Assembly: GCA_965203905.1 (NCBI GenBank)
Contig: CBDBDQ010000005.1
Coordinates: 5,952,001-6,016,000, forward strand
Reading direction: 5' to 3'
Length of the DNA stretch: 64,000 bases
DNA from: Spirochaetia bacterium
GTDB lineage: Bacteria; Spirochaetota; Spirochaetia; SZUA-6; Bin103
The notes beneath the pieces are model-generated. The model was not told the origin of the DNA, searched no databases, and was given only the letters and a program-made list of their open reading frames with translations. This document shows positions 41,246-51,490 of the stretch, in pieces; positions within the stretch are counted from its first letter, which is position 1, and every line of letters begins with the position of its first letter. A program made the position numbers and the translations under genes.

Positions 41246-42243
41246 CACTGCTCGTAGCCCTGCTCGTAGCGGATGCGCGGGTCCACCTTCACCAGCAGCA
41301 GGTCGGACAGGAAGGTGCCGACCACCACCAGCATGCCGAGCACCATCACCAGGCTGCCGGCCAGGAACATGTCCTGCCACAGCAGCGCTTCGTAGAGCAG
41401 CGGGCCGACCGTGGGCAGGCTCAGCACGATCGCCGTGATGGTCTCACCGGAGACTATGGTGGGCAGCAGCCAGCCGACGGTGCTGACGATCGGGTTGATC
41501 GCCATGCGCACCGGGTACTTGAACAGCACGGTGCGTTCCGCCAGCCCCTTGGTGCGCGCGGTGATCACGTACTGTTTCTGCAGCTCGTCCAGCAGGGTGG
41601 CGCGCATCACCCGGATCAGCGCCGCGGTGCCCGCCACGCCGTTGATCACGATGGGTATCGGCAGGTGTTTCAGCAGATCGACGAACTTGGCCCAGCTCCA
41701 GGGCGCATCCATGTACTCGGGCGAGAACAGGCCCACCGTGCTCATGTCGAACGCCTTGAAGAACAGGAACATCAGGATCAGGGCGAGCAGAAACGGCGGG
41801 ATGGCCAGGCCCACGAAGCCCACCACGGTGAACGTGTAGTCGGCGAAGGAGTACTGATGGGTGGCGGAGTAGATGCCGATCGGGATCGCCATCAGGTAGG
41901 TGAACAGCAGCGCCGCGGCGGAGATCACCAGGGTCAGCGGCAGGCGTTCGGCCACCAGCCCGGAAACCGGCCGGTTCCACTGGAAGGAGCGGCCCAGGTC
42001 GCCGCGCAGCAGGTTGCCCGCCCACTTGAGGTACTGGCGGTGCAGGGGAAGTCCGAGTCCGTACATCTGCTGCAGGGCGTCCCGCTCCGCCTGGGTCATC
42101 TCGCCCCCGGCGAGCTGCCGGCGCGCCACCAGCGTCGTCAGGTAGTCGCCGGGGGGAAGCTGGATCAGAATGAACGATACGACCGAGAGCAGCACCAGGA
42201 GGACCAGCATGAACCCCAGCCGGCGGCCGATGTAGGCTAGCAT
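41245..42243 (-). CDS. ABC transporter permease (OppB/DppB-like)
   Basis: QLPPGDY, YVITARTKGL, VDPRIR. Confidence 0.93.
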   Translation of the reverse strand: MLAYIGRRLGFMLVLLVLLSVVSFILIQLPPGDYLTTLVARRQLAGGEMTQAERDALQQMYGLGLPLHRQYLKWAGNLLRGDLGRSFQWNRPVSGLVAERLPLTLVISAAALLFTYLMAIPIGIYSATHQYSFADYTFTVVGFVGLAIPPFLLALILMFLFFKAFDMSTVGLFSPEYMDAPWSWAKFVDLLKHLPIPIVINGVAGTAALIRVMRATLLDELQKQYVITARTKGLAERTVLFKYPVRMAINPIVSTVGWLLPTIVSGETITAIVLSLPTVGPLLYEALLWQDMFLAGSLVMVLGMLVVVGTFLSDLLLVKVDPRIRYEQGYEQ

Positions 42244-42299
42244 TGGTCGCTCCCGGTGCGGTTACGGAACGGCAGTGGTGCGCTCGCGGCCGCTGCGCA

Positions 42300-44363
42300 C
42301 TACTCCTTCCAGAACATCACTTCGGGACGATGGCTCTTGGTGCCGTCGGAAGCGTGCGAGAACCCGTACACCGTGAGTGCGTCCACGTTGCCGAGCTTGT
42401 TCTTCACCACCGTCGGATAGCGCATGTACGCGATGGTGCCGATGGTAGACAGGTCCTCCGCCTGGAAATCCATCATCACGTTGGCGATGTCGCGGGTGAA
42501 CTCCTCGTCGTCCACGAACGGCTTGCGCTCGGCCAGGGCGAACAGCTCCTGGATCTCGGCGGGAGGCTCCAGGCCTTCCTCGCCCTTGGTGCGCCACCAG
42601 CTCCACCACAGCGGCATGGTCCATCCCGGCCGCAGGGGGTCGATCGGGTTGGGATCGATGCGCGACGACAGGGCGTCGACGCCGTCGATCGGCCAGGTGA
42701 TGATCATGAATTCGCCGGTGCCGATGCGTTGCGACATGGCGCTCCACTGCGGCGACTTCACCAGGGTGCGGATGCCGACGTTGTCCCAGTATTCCTTCAG
42801 CAGCTCTCCGGTCTAGGTCAGCACCGCGACCTGGACCGGGAACTCGGCTACCAGGGTGAACGGCTCGCCGTTCGGCAGGAGCCGGAAACCCTCTCCGTCG
42901 CGTTCGTCCATGCCCATCTCGTCGAGCAGTTGGTTGGCTCGCTCGGGATCGTACTCGACGTACGACTGGGCCCACTTTTCCTGGTAGAAACTGTTCTTGG
43001 GATAGGTCGTGGCCTGCACCGGATCGGCGAGCCCGAAGGCCACCACCTCGTTGATCTCGGCGCGGTTCATGGCCAGCGACAGCGCCTGCTTGAAGTTGCG
43101 GTTGCGCAGCACCTCGGCGATCGCGGGATCCTGCTGGTCATAGGTCTGGTTGATGAATATGCCGCACTCGGCCGCGTATACCCCCGGCGTCATGATGATC
43201 CGGAAATCGCTCTGCTCGGCACTCTCGGTGAGCACCGGCACGTCGCTGGTGGACATGCCCCACGGCACGTAGTCGAAGTCTCCGGCCAGCGCGCGGATCT
43301 TCAGGGTCTCCACGTCGGTGACCCAGATGCTGCGCAGCTCGTCGATATAGGGAAGCTGGCTGCCCTCTACGTCCACCTTGAAGTAGTAGGGATTGCGCTG
43401 CCAGGAGACCCCGTCCATGCGCACGTTCTTGAGAATCCAGGGCCCCATGTAGGGAACCTCGGGGAACGTGGGAGAGTCGCGCGTATAGCGGGCGCGGTTG
43501 TAGAACAGTTGTGACCAGGAGTCGAAACCTTCGTCCTTGGCGAGCTGGTTGGCGTCCTCGTTGTACTTGATGTGGAACCTGGTGAGGGCGTGTCGGGGCA
43601 GAAAGCTGAAGCTCTGCATCCCCTTGTTGGCCCACTGACTGAAATAGAACTGCACCGTGGTGTAGGGCACCGCGAACTGGAACTGGACGGTGACGTCGTC
43701 GACCTTGATCACCTCCATCACCTGCCCCTGCGGCTCCCAGTACTTGGGGATGGTCGGGGTGACCTCCTCGTTGAGGATGTAATCCTCCCACCAGAACAGC
43801 ACGTCGTCGCTGCTGAACGGTTCGCCGTCGGACCATTTGAGGCCCTTGCGGAAGGTCAGGGTGAAGGTCTTGCCGTCCTCAGACATGCCCCACGCCTCCG
43901 CCAGGCCCGGAAGCAGGGTGTTGGGCCAGCGCATGTCGCGGGTCATCGGATACTCGGGCGTAGCCTGGGAGGCCGGCCACCAGCTCGCAGCCGACATCGA
44001 CGGGATCGTCAGCGAGCCGCCGTAGCGGCCTACCTCGGCGAACGGCACCACCACCACCGGCTCTTCGGGAAGCCGTTCGTCAACGGGCGGCAACTCGCCG
44101 GCCTGCACCCTGGCGGCCAGGATCGGCGCTTCCTTGAAGGTGAGCGTGCGCCCGGTCAGGGCCTCGTAGTCGGACAGGTTGTAGTGCGCCTGGCCCGCTC
44201 GTGGTAGCTCGACGGAGGCCGCCATCGCGGTGGCCGCGGGCGCGGCGTCGCTGTCGGCGGCGGCACTGTCCTCCTGGCCACCGGCCCAGATGCCCGGTCC
44301 CGCCAGCAGCAGAAGTGCGGCCGCAAACATACCGGTCGCGAAAAGTGAACGATTCCCTCTCAT
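42300..44363 (-). pseudogene. ABC substrate-binding protein (family 5) interrupted by a single in-frame TAG at 42813-42815
   Basis: VAVLT*TGELLKEYWDNVGI continues in frame into the 42300-42761 ORF, restoring a full-length SBP. Confidence 0.8.
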
Positions 44364-44406
44364 CTGTCTCCTCCTCGATAGAGACGCTGCGCTCGGCCGG
44401 GTCGTA

Positions 44407-45303
44407 CTAGCCGGCCTCCGTCGCTTTCAGGTACGTGCCGGGGGTCCGGTTCCAGACTGCGGGCTCGGTCCCGCCTGCGTAGTCGGGCAGCAGGTGGCTG
44501 ATGCGGTCCAACTCCTCCACCGGCAGGTCCGCCGGTGGGGGCGCGTAGAGCCGGGTCTGAAACGCCGCCCGCATCGGTTCGCTCAACTCGTCATAGCGCG
44601 GCAGGTACCACATGGTGATCACGGTGCGGCGCCGGTCGCTGCTGTTGCCGTGGGCGGCGTGCAGCAGGCGGGCGTCGCCGATCACCAGGTCGCCGGCCCA
44701 TACCGGCACGTCCACCTCGTCCGGATGGCGCTGGTAGGCGGGCGAGGTAGCCGGATCCTGGTGCCGCACCGTGTCGTCATGTCCGGTGCCGATGGCGTCG
44801 TGCACGTCGCAGCGCAGGCGATGGGAGCGCGGCAGCAGCCGCAGGCAGCCGTTCTCGGGCCGGGTGTCGACCAGGTACCACATCAGGAACAGTTGGTGCG
44901 GGAGCGGGTCGGCGCTGACGGCATCATCCCAGAACGGCCAGTCCTGGTGCCAGTAGAGCGGGCCCGAGTGCGGCTCCTTGGCGATCACGTAACCGCTCCA
45001 GTAGCGCGGCCGGGCAAAGCCGAGCCCGTGCAGCGCCCGCCATGCCTCCGGCAGGGCGATCAACTCCGAGAACACCGGATCCTGGTGCTCCATGGCGAAG
45101 ATGCTCCCCTGCCCTCCCGAGCGCTGCTTCTGTTCGTCGGTGTAGGCGTCGAGCAGGCGGTCGGTGACCACCCGCAGCCGTGCCAGCAGCTCCGCGGGCA
45201 GCAGCCCCGGCAGCACGCAGAACCCCCGGTCAACCAGTCGGCTCCGCTCCGCGGCCAGCACTACCGGTGCATCGGACCGGGTCTCGGTCGCTGTCCCCAC
45301 CAT
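44407..45303 (-). CDS. Phytanoyl-CoA dioxygenase family protein
   Basis: YWHQD, ENGCLRLLPRSH, GDLVIGDARLLHAAHGN. Confidence 0.9.
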   Translation of the reverse strand: MVGTATETRSDAPVVLAAERSRLVDRGFCVLPGLLPAELLARLRVVTDRLLDAYTDEQKQRSGGQGSIFAMEHQDPVFSELIALPEAWRALHGLGFARPRYWSGYVIAKEPHSGPLYWHQDWPFWDDAVSADPLPHQLFLMWYLVDTRPENGCLRLLPRSHRLRCDVHDAIGTGHDDTVRHQDPATSPAYQRHPDEVDVPVWAGDLVIGDARLLHAAHGNSSDRRRTVITMWYLPRYDELSEPMRAAFQTRLYAPPPADLPVEELDRISHLLPDYAGGTEPAVWNRTPGTYLKATEAG

Positions 45304-45410
45304 CTCCTCTCCCGCGGGCGGACCGCTGACGCGCCGGTCCCGCTCGAGCATGCTCCCATGATGACGCAACCGAGCCGGCGCTGCAAACAGCGCTGTCTCG
45401 TCTCCGGGTC

Positions 45411-45611
45411 TCAGAGGACGTTGCGGAGCTGGTTCGCACTCAGTTCTGTGTCGCGCAGGATCTTGGCCATCAGCCCGCGGCCTACAACGGTTGCGCGACC
45501 GTCCGCGTGGCGCAGAAACGAGTGGCTGCCCTTGGTGCGAACGACCTCAAAGGCGAGGTGCTTCAGCGCAGCAATGAGCTGTCGGCCGCTCGTGGCAGGC
45601 AGTCGGCTCAC
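45411..45611 (-). CDS. hicA: HicA family toxin, apparently with an internal deletion
   Basis: FEVVRTKGSHSFLRH.DGR.TVV joined directly to GRGLMAKIL; the usual PVH-containing segment is missing. Confidence 0.7.
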   Translation of the reverse strand: MSRLPATSGRQLIAALKHLAFEVVRTKGSHSFLRHADGRATVVGRGLMAKILRDTELSANQLRNVL

Positions 45612-45826
45612 TCGTGGACTGTGACTCGCTGGACGCCGACGAACTCCAGGTCCGGCTCTTCCGCGGTCCCCTCTACCTCAAGACAGAGCTCAATCGACTC
45701 TCGTATCCGCTCCATGAGGTCATCGAGCGATGTGGCCTGAGTGTGACATCCACGCAGAGCGGGCACCGATGCGACATAGAGCCCGTCCCGGTCGCGCTCC
45801 ACGACCACGTCGAAGCATCGACTCAT
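45608..45826 (-). CDS. hicB: HicB family antitoxin
   Basis: VVVERD.DG.YVASVPAL.GCHTQA.SLDDL..RIRESIELCLE. Confidence 0.88.
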   Translation of the reverse strand: MSRCFDVVVERDRDGLYVASVPALRGCHTQATSLDDLMERIRESIELCLEVEGTAEEPDLEFVGVQRVTVHE

Positions 45827-46017
45827 ATCGACATCGTATCGCACCCACTGCCTCGAACCAGCCGTCGAATGCAAGCGTCAGGAGAGTGAGCGGGTCCTGC
45901 AGCCCGCACCGCCGCGAGTCCGGCGTCGGCACTGCAAACCGGCGGAGCTCCAGTGGTTCGGGCAGATCGCCCGGCCGGTTGGTCGGGCTCGGCGGGCTGG
46001 GCTGGGCTCTGCCCGAT

Positions 46018-46046
46018 TTGACAGCTCGTTGCGCGTGGATTACGAT
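46018..46046 (+). promoter_or_regulatory. sigma70-like promoter of SBP cassette 1
   Basis: TTGACA-N17-TACGAT; the same ~47-bp block recurs at 58090-58136. Confidence 0.7.
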
Positions 46047-46200
46047 GCCCCTTTGTCGCAATCCCGAATTCGGGATTATTGCGACAACCGACACATCTGT
46101 GCCCGACCAGAGTTGTCGACGACAGATGCGCGCTAGCCGCGGCACCGGCTGGTCCGATGGCCGAGCCACCGTCCTATCAGAGCACCCAATAGCTCAAAGA

Positions 46201-46369
46201 GGAGGTGCAAAATGATACTCAAAGAGCCGTTGGCGCGCGCGGCGTGAGCCGGGGTGAACCCGGTGAGTCACACGCCGCGCGCTTTTCGTGTATTGGACTC
46301 AGACTGGCAGAGCCCGCGTTGCGGGCGCGAGAGTAGCCCGGGAGCGGCAGGCCGCTACGCAATACTCTC
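46201..46369 (+). promoter_or_regulatory. Conserved structured leader with uORF (MILKEPLARAA*, 46212-46247)
   Basis: GGAGG + ATG; GCGCGCGGCGTG/CACGCCGCGCGC stem; GAGAGTA/TACTCTC stem; homolog at 51491-51678. Confidence 0.65.
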
Positions 46370-46393
46370 AAGATCAAAATGATGGACAAAACA

Positions 46394-48238
46394 ATGAAAA
46401 TCTTTTTTGGAAGGACCTTCGCGATTGCGTTGGTCCTGATTCAGAGCGCGACCGGCCTCTGGGCCACTGGCGCAGATGAAGAGGGGGCGGCAGCGGCCGC
46501 CGCCGCTGACAAGAAGTATGTCACCGACCCCTCCACCGGCATGGTGGTCGAGGCTCCGCGCTACGGCGGGTCAATCACCTTCGCCACAAAAGTCGCCGAT
46601 GACAACCTGCTCGTTGACGCCTGGGTCTCCGGAGGTGCCGGCTGGATTATCGGCATCGTCAACGAGAAACTCGGGATCATTGACTGGGCCATCGACCGGA
46701 ACAAACACCCGTATTTTACTGGCTACGTGGCGCCGGCGTTCGCACTGCGTGGAGCGCTGGCTGAAAGCTGGGAGATTTCCGGGGACGGCCTCACCTATAC
46801 CTTCAACATCCGCAAGGGCGTGCGCTGGCATAACAAGGCACCGATGAACGGTCGGGAGCTCACTGCCAAGGATATCGAATACAACTTTCACCGCAATATG
46901 GGGATGGGCAAGTTCACCGAGCCCTCGACTTCCCGAGGCGCCCTCGCCGATCTGGGAATTGCATCGATCGAGGCCACCGACGACATGACGGTTGTGTTCA
47001 AGCTCAGCCGGCCACACTACCAAGCCTTTCAGTTTATCATGGACTGGTACAATACGTGGATCCTGCCGCCCGAGGTCATCGATGAACACGGCTCGATCGA
47101 CAACTGGCAGGACCTGGTAGGCACCGGACCCTACATGCTGGTCGACTGGGTCAGAGGCACCTCGACTTCCTACGAGAAGAACCCGGACTATTGGGGGTTC
47201 GACGAGAAGTTCCCGCAGAACCGACTGCCCTATATCGACACCATCACGAGGCTGGTGATCCTGGACGACGCAACCCGGATGGCCGCTCTGCGTTCGGGCC
47301 AGGTCGACTACATTGGGGGGCCAGCCGGCGGGTCGCAGCTGCGATCGGTCGACCAGGCCGACGGTGTGCGTCGAACCAACCCCGAGCTGGTCATCCACAC
47401 CTTTTCGGAACGCTCGAACACCGTTGTTCGACTGGACACAACCAAGCCGCCGTTTAACGACATCCGGGTGCGTCAGGCGATGCAGAACGCGCTCGATCTC
47501 GAGACCATGAACCTCACCTACTACAAGGGGCAGGGCGAATGGACCCCGCGCGGTGCGGTGGCGCCCGAGTACGCGGCCCAGGGCATGACGGTCCTCTACG
47601 AGGAGTGGAGCCCAGAGCTCAAGGCCAAGTATGCCTATGACCCGGAGCTGGCCGAGCGGTTGCTGGATGAGGCCGGATTACCTCGCGGCGCGGACGGCGT
47701 CAGATTCCGGGTCAAGTATACCGTCCACCAAAACGCTGATCTGAGCTTTGCGGAGCTACAAGCCGCATACTGGGCTGAAATCGGCGTCCAGGTCGACGTC
47801 GTCAACACCCCTGCTGCCCAAGTGTCCGCGCTACTGGCCAACGGCCCTGACGGCACGGCTAAGTATGACATGGTCATGTGGCTTGGCGGCGTCAAGGCCG
47901 ATCCGATGATCGCGATCATGGGCTGGCCGGCTGGCTGGTGCTACGGCCCCGACTGTGAAGGGAACCCCGCCATTGCGAGCGCCGAGTATGACGCCCTGTA
48001 CGAGAGGGCCCGGCTCGGCGCGACTTTGGACGAGGTGGCCCCATTGGTCAAACAGATGGACATGATGATCATCGAGAACGTGTGGGCACTATGGGGACCG
48101 ATCGATCCGCTGTTCAACGTCCAATGGCCGTGGGTCAAGGGCTACACCAATGAAGGCGACCTCGGCGGCGCGCAGCGCGGCCAGCAGTTCGTGCGCATGT
48201 GGATCGACCAGGAGCTCAAGGCGGCGATGGGCTTCTAG
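46394..48238 (+). CDS. ABC substrate-binding protein, family 5
   Basis: LAESWE, FNIRKGVRWH..P.NGRELTA.D, GTGPY, LPYID, PFNDIRVRQA. Confidence 0.92.
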   Translation: MKIFFGRTFAIALVLIQSATGLWATGADEEGAAAAAAADKKYVTDPSTGMVVEAPRYGGSITFATKVADDNLLVDAWVSGGAGWIIGIVNEKLGIIDWAIDRNKHPYFTGYVAPAFALRGALAESWEISGDGLTYTFNIRKGVRWHNKAPMNGRELTAKDIEYNFHRNMGMGKFTEPSTSRGALADLGIASIEATDDMTVVFKLSRPHYQAFQFIMDWYNTWILPPEVIDEHGSIDNWQDLVGTGPYMLVDWVRGTSTSYEKNPDYWGFDEKFPQNRLPYIDTITRLVILDDATRMAALRSGQVDYIGGPAGGSQLRSVDQADGVRRTNPELVIHTFSERSNTVVRLDTTKPPFNDIRVRQAMQNALDLETMNLTYYKGQGEWTPRGAVAPEYAAQGMTVLYEEWSPELKAKYAYDPELAERLLDEAGLPRGADGVRFRVKYTVHQNADLSFAELQAAYWAEIGVQVDVVNTPAAQVSALLANGPDGTAKYDMVMWLGGVKADPMIAIMGWPAGWCYGPDCEGNPAIASAEYDALYERARLGATLDEVAPLVKQMDMMIIENVWALWGPIDPLFNVQWPWVKGYTNEGDLGGAQRGQQFVRMWIDQELKAAMGF

Positions 48239-48352
48239 CCGGGCAACGCCAGGGTAGAGCATCCGTCGACCGTTCGGTATCCGATTGGTCTGTGGGGCGG
48301 CAGTGCCACTGTCGTCCCACAGATCTCGTCTTCCTGCCTTTAGAGGTCCCAC

Positions 48353-49318
48353 ATGAGAGCTTACGTCATCAGGAGACTGCTGCTCGTAATCCCCACGCTG
48401 CTCATCCTGAGCATGCTGGTCTTCCTGCTGGTCCGCTTCATTCCGGGCGACGTCATCGACAAGATGGAGGACCAGATAGACGTGGCCGGTGGCGGGTCGT
48501 TCGTGATCGACCGCGAGGAGATGGAACGTCGGCTGGGATTGGACGTGCCGGTCCCCGTGCAGTATGGACGCTGGGTAGGTGACATTCTCCTGCGTGGCTC
48601 TCTCGGCAAATCGCTGTACACCCGTGAAGCGGTGGAGCAGCAGATCCTGGCCAGACTGCCGGTGACCGTCGAGCTTGGCGTCATGGCAATCGTTATCGGG
48701 CTCTTGATAGCCCTGCCGGTCGGTGTGTACTCGGCGATTCGCCAGGACACGCTGGCCGACTACGCCGGGCGCTCGGCTGCCATCATCGGTCTGTCGACGC
48801 CGAATTTCTGGTTGGGCACCCTGGTCATGATCTTCCCTGCGATCTGGTGGAGCTGGGCGCCGCCCATGCGTCTGATTACTTTCACCGAAGACCCGCTCGG
48901 ACATCTCGGGATGTTCCTGATTCCCAGCGTGATTCTGGGGACGGCCTTGGCTGCAGGCACGATGCGGATGACGCGCACCATGATGCTGGAGGTGCTCAGG
49001 CAAGACTATATCAGGACCGCCTGGGCCAAGGGTCTCAAGGAGAGGGTAGTTATTATGAGACACGCCCTCAAGAATGCCTTCATCCCGGTAGTTACCCTGA
49101 TCGGCATGCAGTTGCCACTGCTGGTAGGCGGCGCCGTTATCATGGAGAACATATTTAACCTGCCGGGGATAGGTCGCCTCATGGTGAATGCCCTCAATAA
49201 CAGAGAGTACCCGGTGGTCTCCGGAATCAACCTGGTTTTCGCCACCATGGTTGTAGGCGTCAATCTAATGATAGACCTGATTTATCCGTACTTAGACCCC
49301 AGGGTCCGTTATAGCTAA
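48353..49318 (+). CDS. ABC permease (OppB/DppB-like)
   Basis: QDYIRTAWAKGL, ENIFNLPGIG, LDPRVR. Confidence 0.93.
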   Translation: MRAYVIRRLLLVIPTLLILSMLVFLLVRFIPGDVIDKMEDQIDVAGGGSFVIDREEMERRLGLDVPVPVQYGRWVGDILLRGSLGKSLYTREAVEQQILARLPVTVELGVMAIVIGLLIALPVGVYSAIRQDTLADYAGRSAAIIGLSTPNFWLGTLVMIFPAIWWSWAPPMRLITFTEDPLGHLGMFLIPSVILGTALAAGTMRMTRTMMLEVLRQDYIRTAWAKGLKERVVIMRHALKNAFIPVVTLIGMQLPLLVGGAVIMENIFNLPGIGRLMVNALNNREYPVVSGINLVFATMVVGVNLMIDLIYPYLDPRVRYS

Positions 49319-49336
49319 AGGGGAGAAATCGGGGAT

Positions 49337-50266
49337 ATGAGCGACGCCACAGGGATACGATCAGTAGAAATTGCGCCAAAGAGACGTTCACGGCTGGCTG
49401 ATTTCTTTAACAGGCTGGTCAGGGAGAAGCCGCTGGGTACTATCAGCGGCATTATCATATTGATATTGATTCTTGTCAGTATCTTTGCCGATGCTCTGGC
49501 CCCTTATCCATATTCTGAAGTTCACATGCTAGACAGGATGCAGGCCCCATCGGCCCAGTATCTGCTGGGTACCGACCAGTTGGGGCGAGACTTCTTGAGT
49601 CGCCTCATCTTCGGGGCTCGTCTCTCGTTGGGTGTCGGTCTGGCCGCGACCGCTCTTAATGTTGTCGTCGCTGTGCTGATAGGCGGAACCTCAGGATTCC
49701 TTGGTGGTAAATTGGACTTGGCGGTGCAGAGATTTGTCGATGCCTGGATGGCTCTCCCCGGCTTGCTGATACTGCTGGCCGTGATGTCGCTTACCGGACC
49801 GGGTGTGTTGCAGATAATCGTGGTGCTGGGCGTGACCGGGGGGATTACCGGCTCGCGGGTGGTCAGGGGCGCGGTCATCGGCATCAAGGAAAGCGACTAC
49901 TTCACCGCGGCGCAGGCGGTCGGCACGCCGACCCGGGTGACGCTGGTGCGGCACCTGCTGCCCAACATCATGGCGCCGATCATCATCATCTTCAGCATCA
50001 ACGTCGGCGGCGTCATCATCGCCGAGGCCAGCTTGAGCTTCCTCGGTTTCGGTCTGCCGGCGGGTGTGCCGAGCTGGGGCGGCATGCTCAGCAGGGAAGG
50101 CCGCAGCTACATGGAGATCGCGCCGTGGCTGGCGATCTGGCCCGGCGTATTCCTTACCATCACCGTCTACAGCCTCAACATGTTCGGTGACGCGCTCAGG
50201 GACCTGCTGGACCCGCGGCTCCGGGGCGCCAGCCGCGTCGGTGCCGCTGCCGCCAAGTCGGTCTAA
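49337..50266 (+). CDS. ABC permease (OppC/DppC-like)
   Basis: LGTDQLGRD, EASLSFLGFG, GDALRDLLDPR. Confidence 0.93.
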   Translation: MSDATGIRSVEIAPKRRSRLADFFNRLVREKPLGTISGIIILILILVSIFADALAPYPYSEVHMLDRMQAPSAQYLLGTDQLGRDFLSRLIFGARLSLGVGLAATALNVVVAVLIGGTSGFLGGKLDLAVQRFVDAWMALPGLLILLAVMSLTGPGVLQIIVVLGVTGGITGSRVVRGAVIGIKESDYFTAAQAVGTPTRVTLVRHLLPNIMAPIIIIFSINVGGVIIAEASLSFLGFGLPAGVPSWGGMLSREGRSYMEIAPWLAIWPGVFLTITVYSLNMFGDALRDLLDPRLRGASRVGAAAAKSV

Positions 50267-50275
50267 GAAAGCGCG

Positions 50276-50866
50276 GTGCGTTCCTCGGCCAACGCGGAAG
50301 ACCTGCCGGATCTGTCGTTCGCCGGGCAGCAGGACACCTATCTCAACATACGCGGCCTCGCTGAGGTGTTTGAGGCGGTGCGCAACTGCTGGGCGTCTTT
50401 GTGGACGCCCCGGGCCCTCAGTTATCGGCATGAACATGCCATCGCCCAGGGGGCGGTTGCCATGGCGGTGGTGGTGCAGAAATTGGTGCCCTCGGAAGTC
50501 TCCGGCATCCTCTTTACCGCCAACCCGGCGACCGGGGAGCGCTCCGAGATGATCGTCAGTGCCAGTTTCGGGTTGGGAGAAGCGATTGTCGGCGGCGAGA
50601 TCACCCCCGATACCTACATCATCGACCGGGACACGTTGGCAGTCAGGGAGACCATCATCGGCAGCAAGGAGCACATGCTGGTGCCCGCTGCCGGGCAGGG
50701 CACCGAGAACCGGGAGTTGAGCGCGGCGGAGCGCGAACAGTCGTCGCTGGCGGAGCCGGTGTTGCGGGAACTGGCGCAACTCGCCATCGCCGTGGAGCGG
50801 CACTTCGGCCAGCCCCAGGATATCGAGTGGGCAGTCGTCAATGGGACTCGGACGGATCGGAGATGA
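50276..50866 (+). pseudogene. Internal fragment of a PEP/pyruvate-binding (PEP synthase/Rph-like) domain
   Basis: Begins at VRSSA.AEDL...SFAGQQDTYLN and ends at PQDIEWA; lacks the N-terminal GGKG region and downstream domains. Confidence 0.8.
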
Positions 50867-51160
50867 AGCGCCATGACGACAGTCAGCGCAGTGGCCGGTG
50901 GCCGGTCATGTTCGGTGACCTGACCTCCGAGTGGTTGACAGGGTGGTCGCGCCCACGCTATCATGCTTGGCTTGGGCCGACGGATGCCGATGAAGCGCCA
51001 TGATGACAGGCAGCGCAGTGACGGGTTGCCGGTGACCTTCGCTCACCCCGGTGACCCCCACGAGTCGTTGACGGCGCGCCGCGCCTATGCTAGCGTGCCT
51101 CACTTGGGGTTCGACGGATGGTCATGAAGCGTCACGATGACAGGCAGCGCAGTGACCGGT
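50851..51160 (+). repeat. Three ~130-bp tandem units (promoter-like motif + MKRHDD micro-ORF start)
   Basis: GACGGAT..ATGAAGCGyCAyGAyGACAGkCAGCGCAGTG at 50851, 50979 and 51113. Confidence 0.8.
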
Positions 51161-51490
51161 TCGCTGTGACGCGACCAGTGCATCATACCCCCCACTTTTT
51201 CAAACCGAGAAACAACTAACCGCTCGGGCTGATCGCCCCCTACGCGACCCCGCGCACACCGTCGCCTTCACCACCGCCGTAACTATCGGTGGCGCCCGCT
51301 CGGTCCATCGCCGAACCGGCATGCTGGCCGCCCGCGTCCTTCCAGGCGACCGCAACCGTCCCGGATCCCCGCCCGCGACTAACTGCGCGCAAAACCCTCC
51401 GCCTGCGTTGGCGGCCATTCAGACTCACTGCTGCTCAGACCACCGCCACGCGTGGCGTTGTAACGCAGATCCCGACGTAGATCTAGAAAA

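Noticed and set aside
42813-42815. Genome-wide TAG reassignment
   Set aside because: Several full-length genes in the window end properly at TAG.
50851-51160. CRISPR or tmRNA interpretation (GGGGTTCGACGG resembles a tmRNA 5' motif)
   Set aside because: Units are degenerate with ~85-nt partly conserved spacers, and there is no tRNA-like 3' end or tag ORF.
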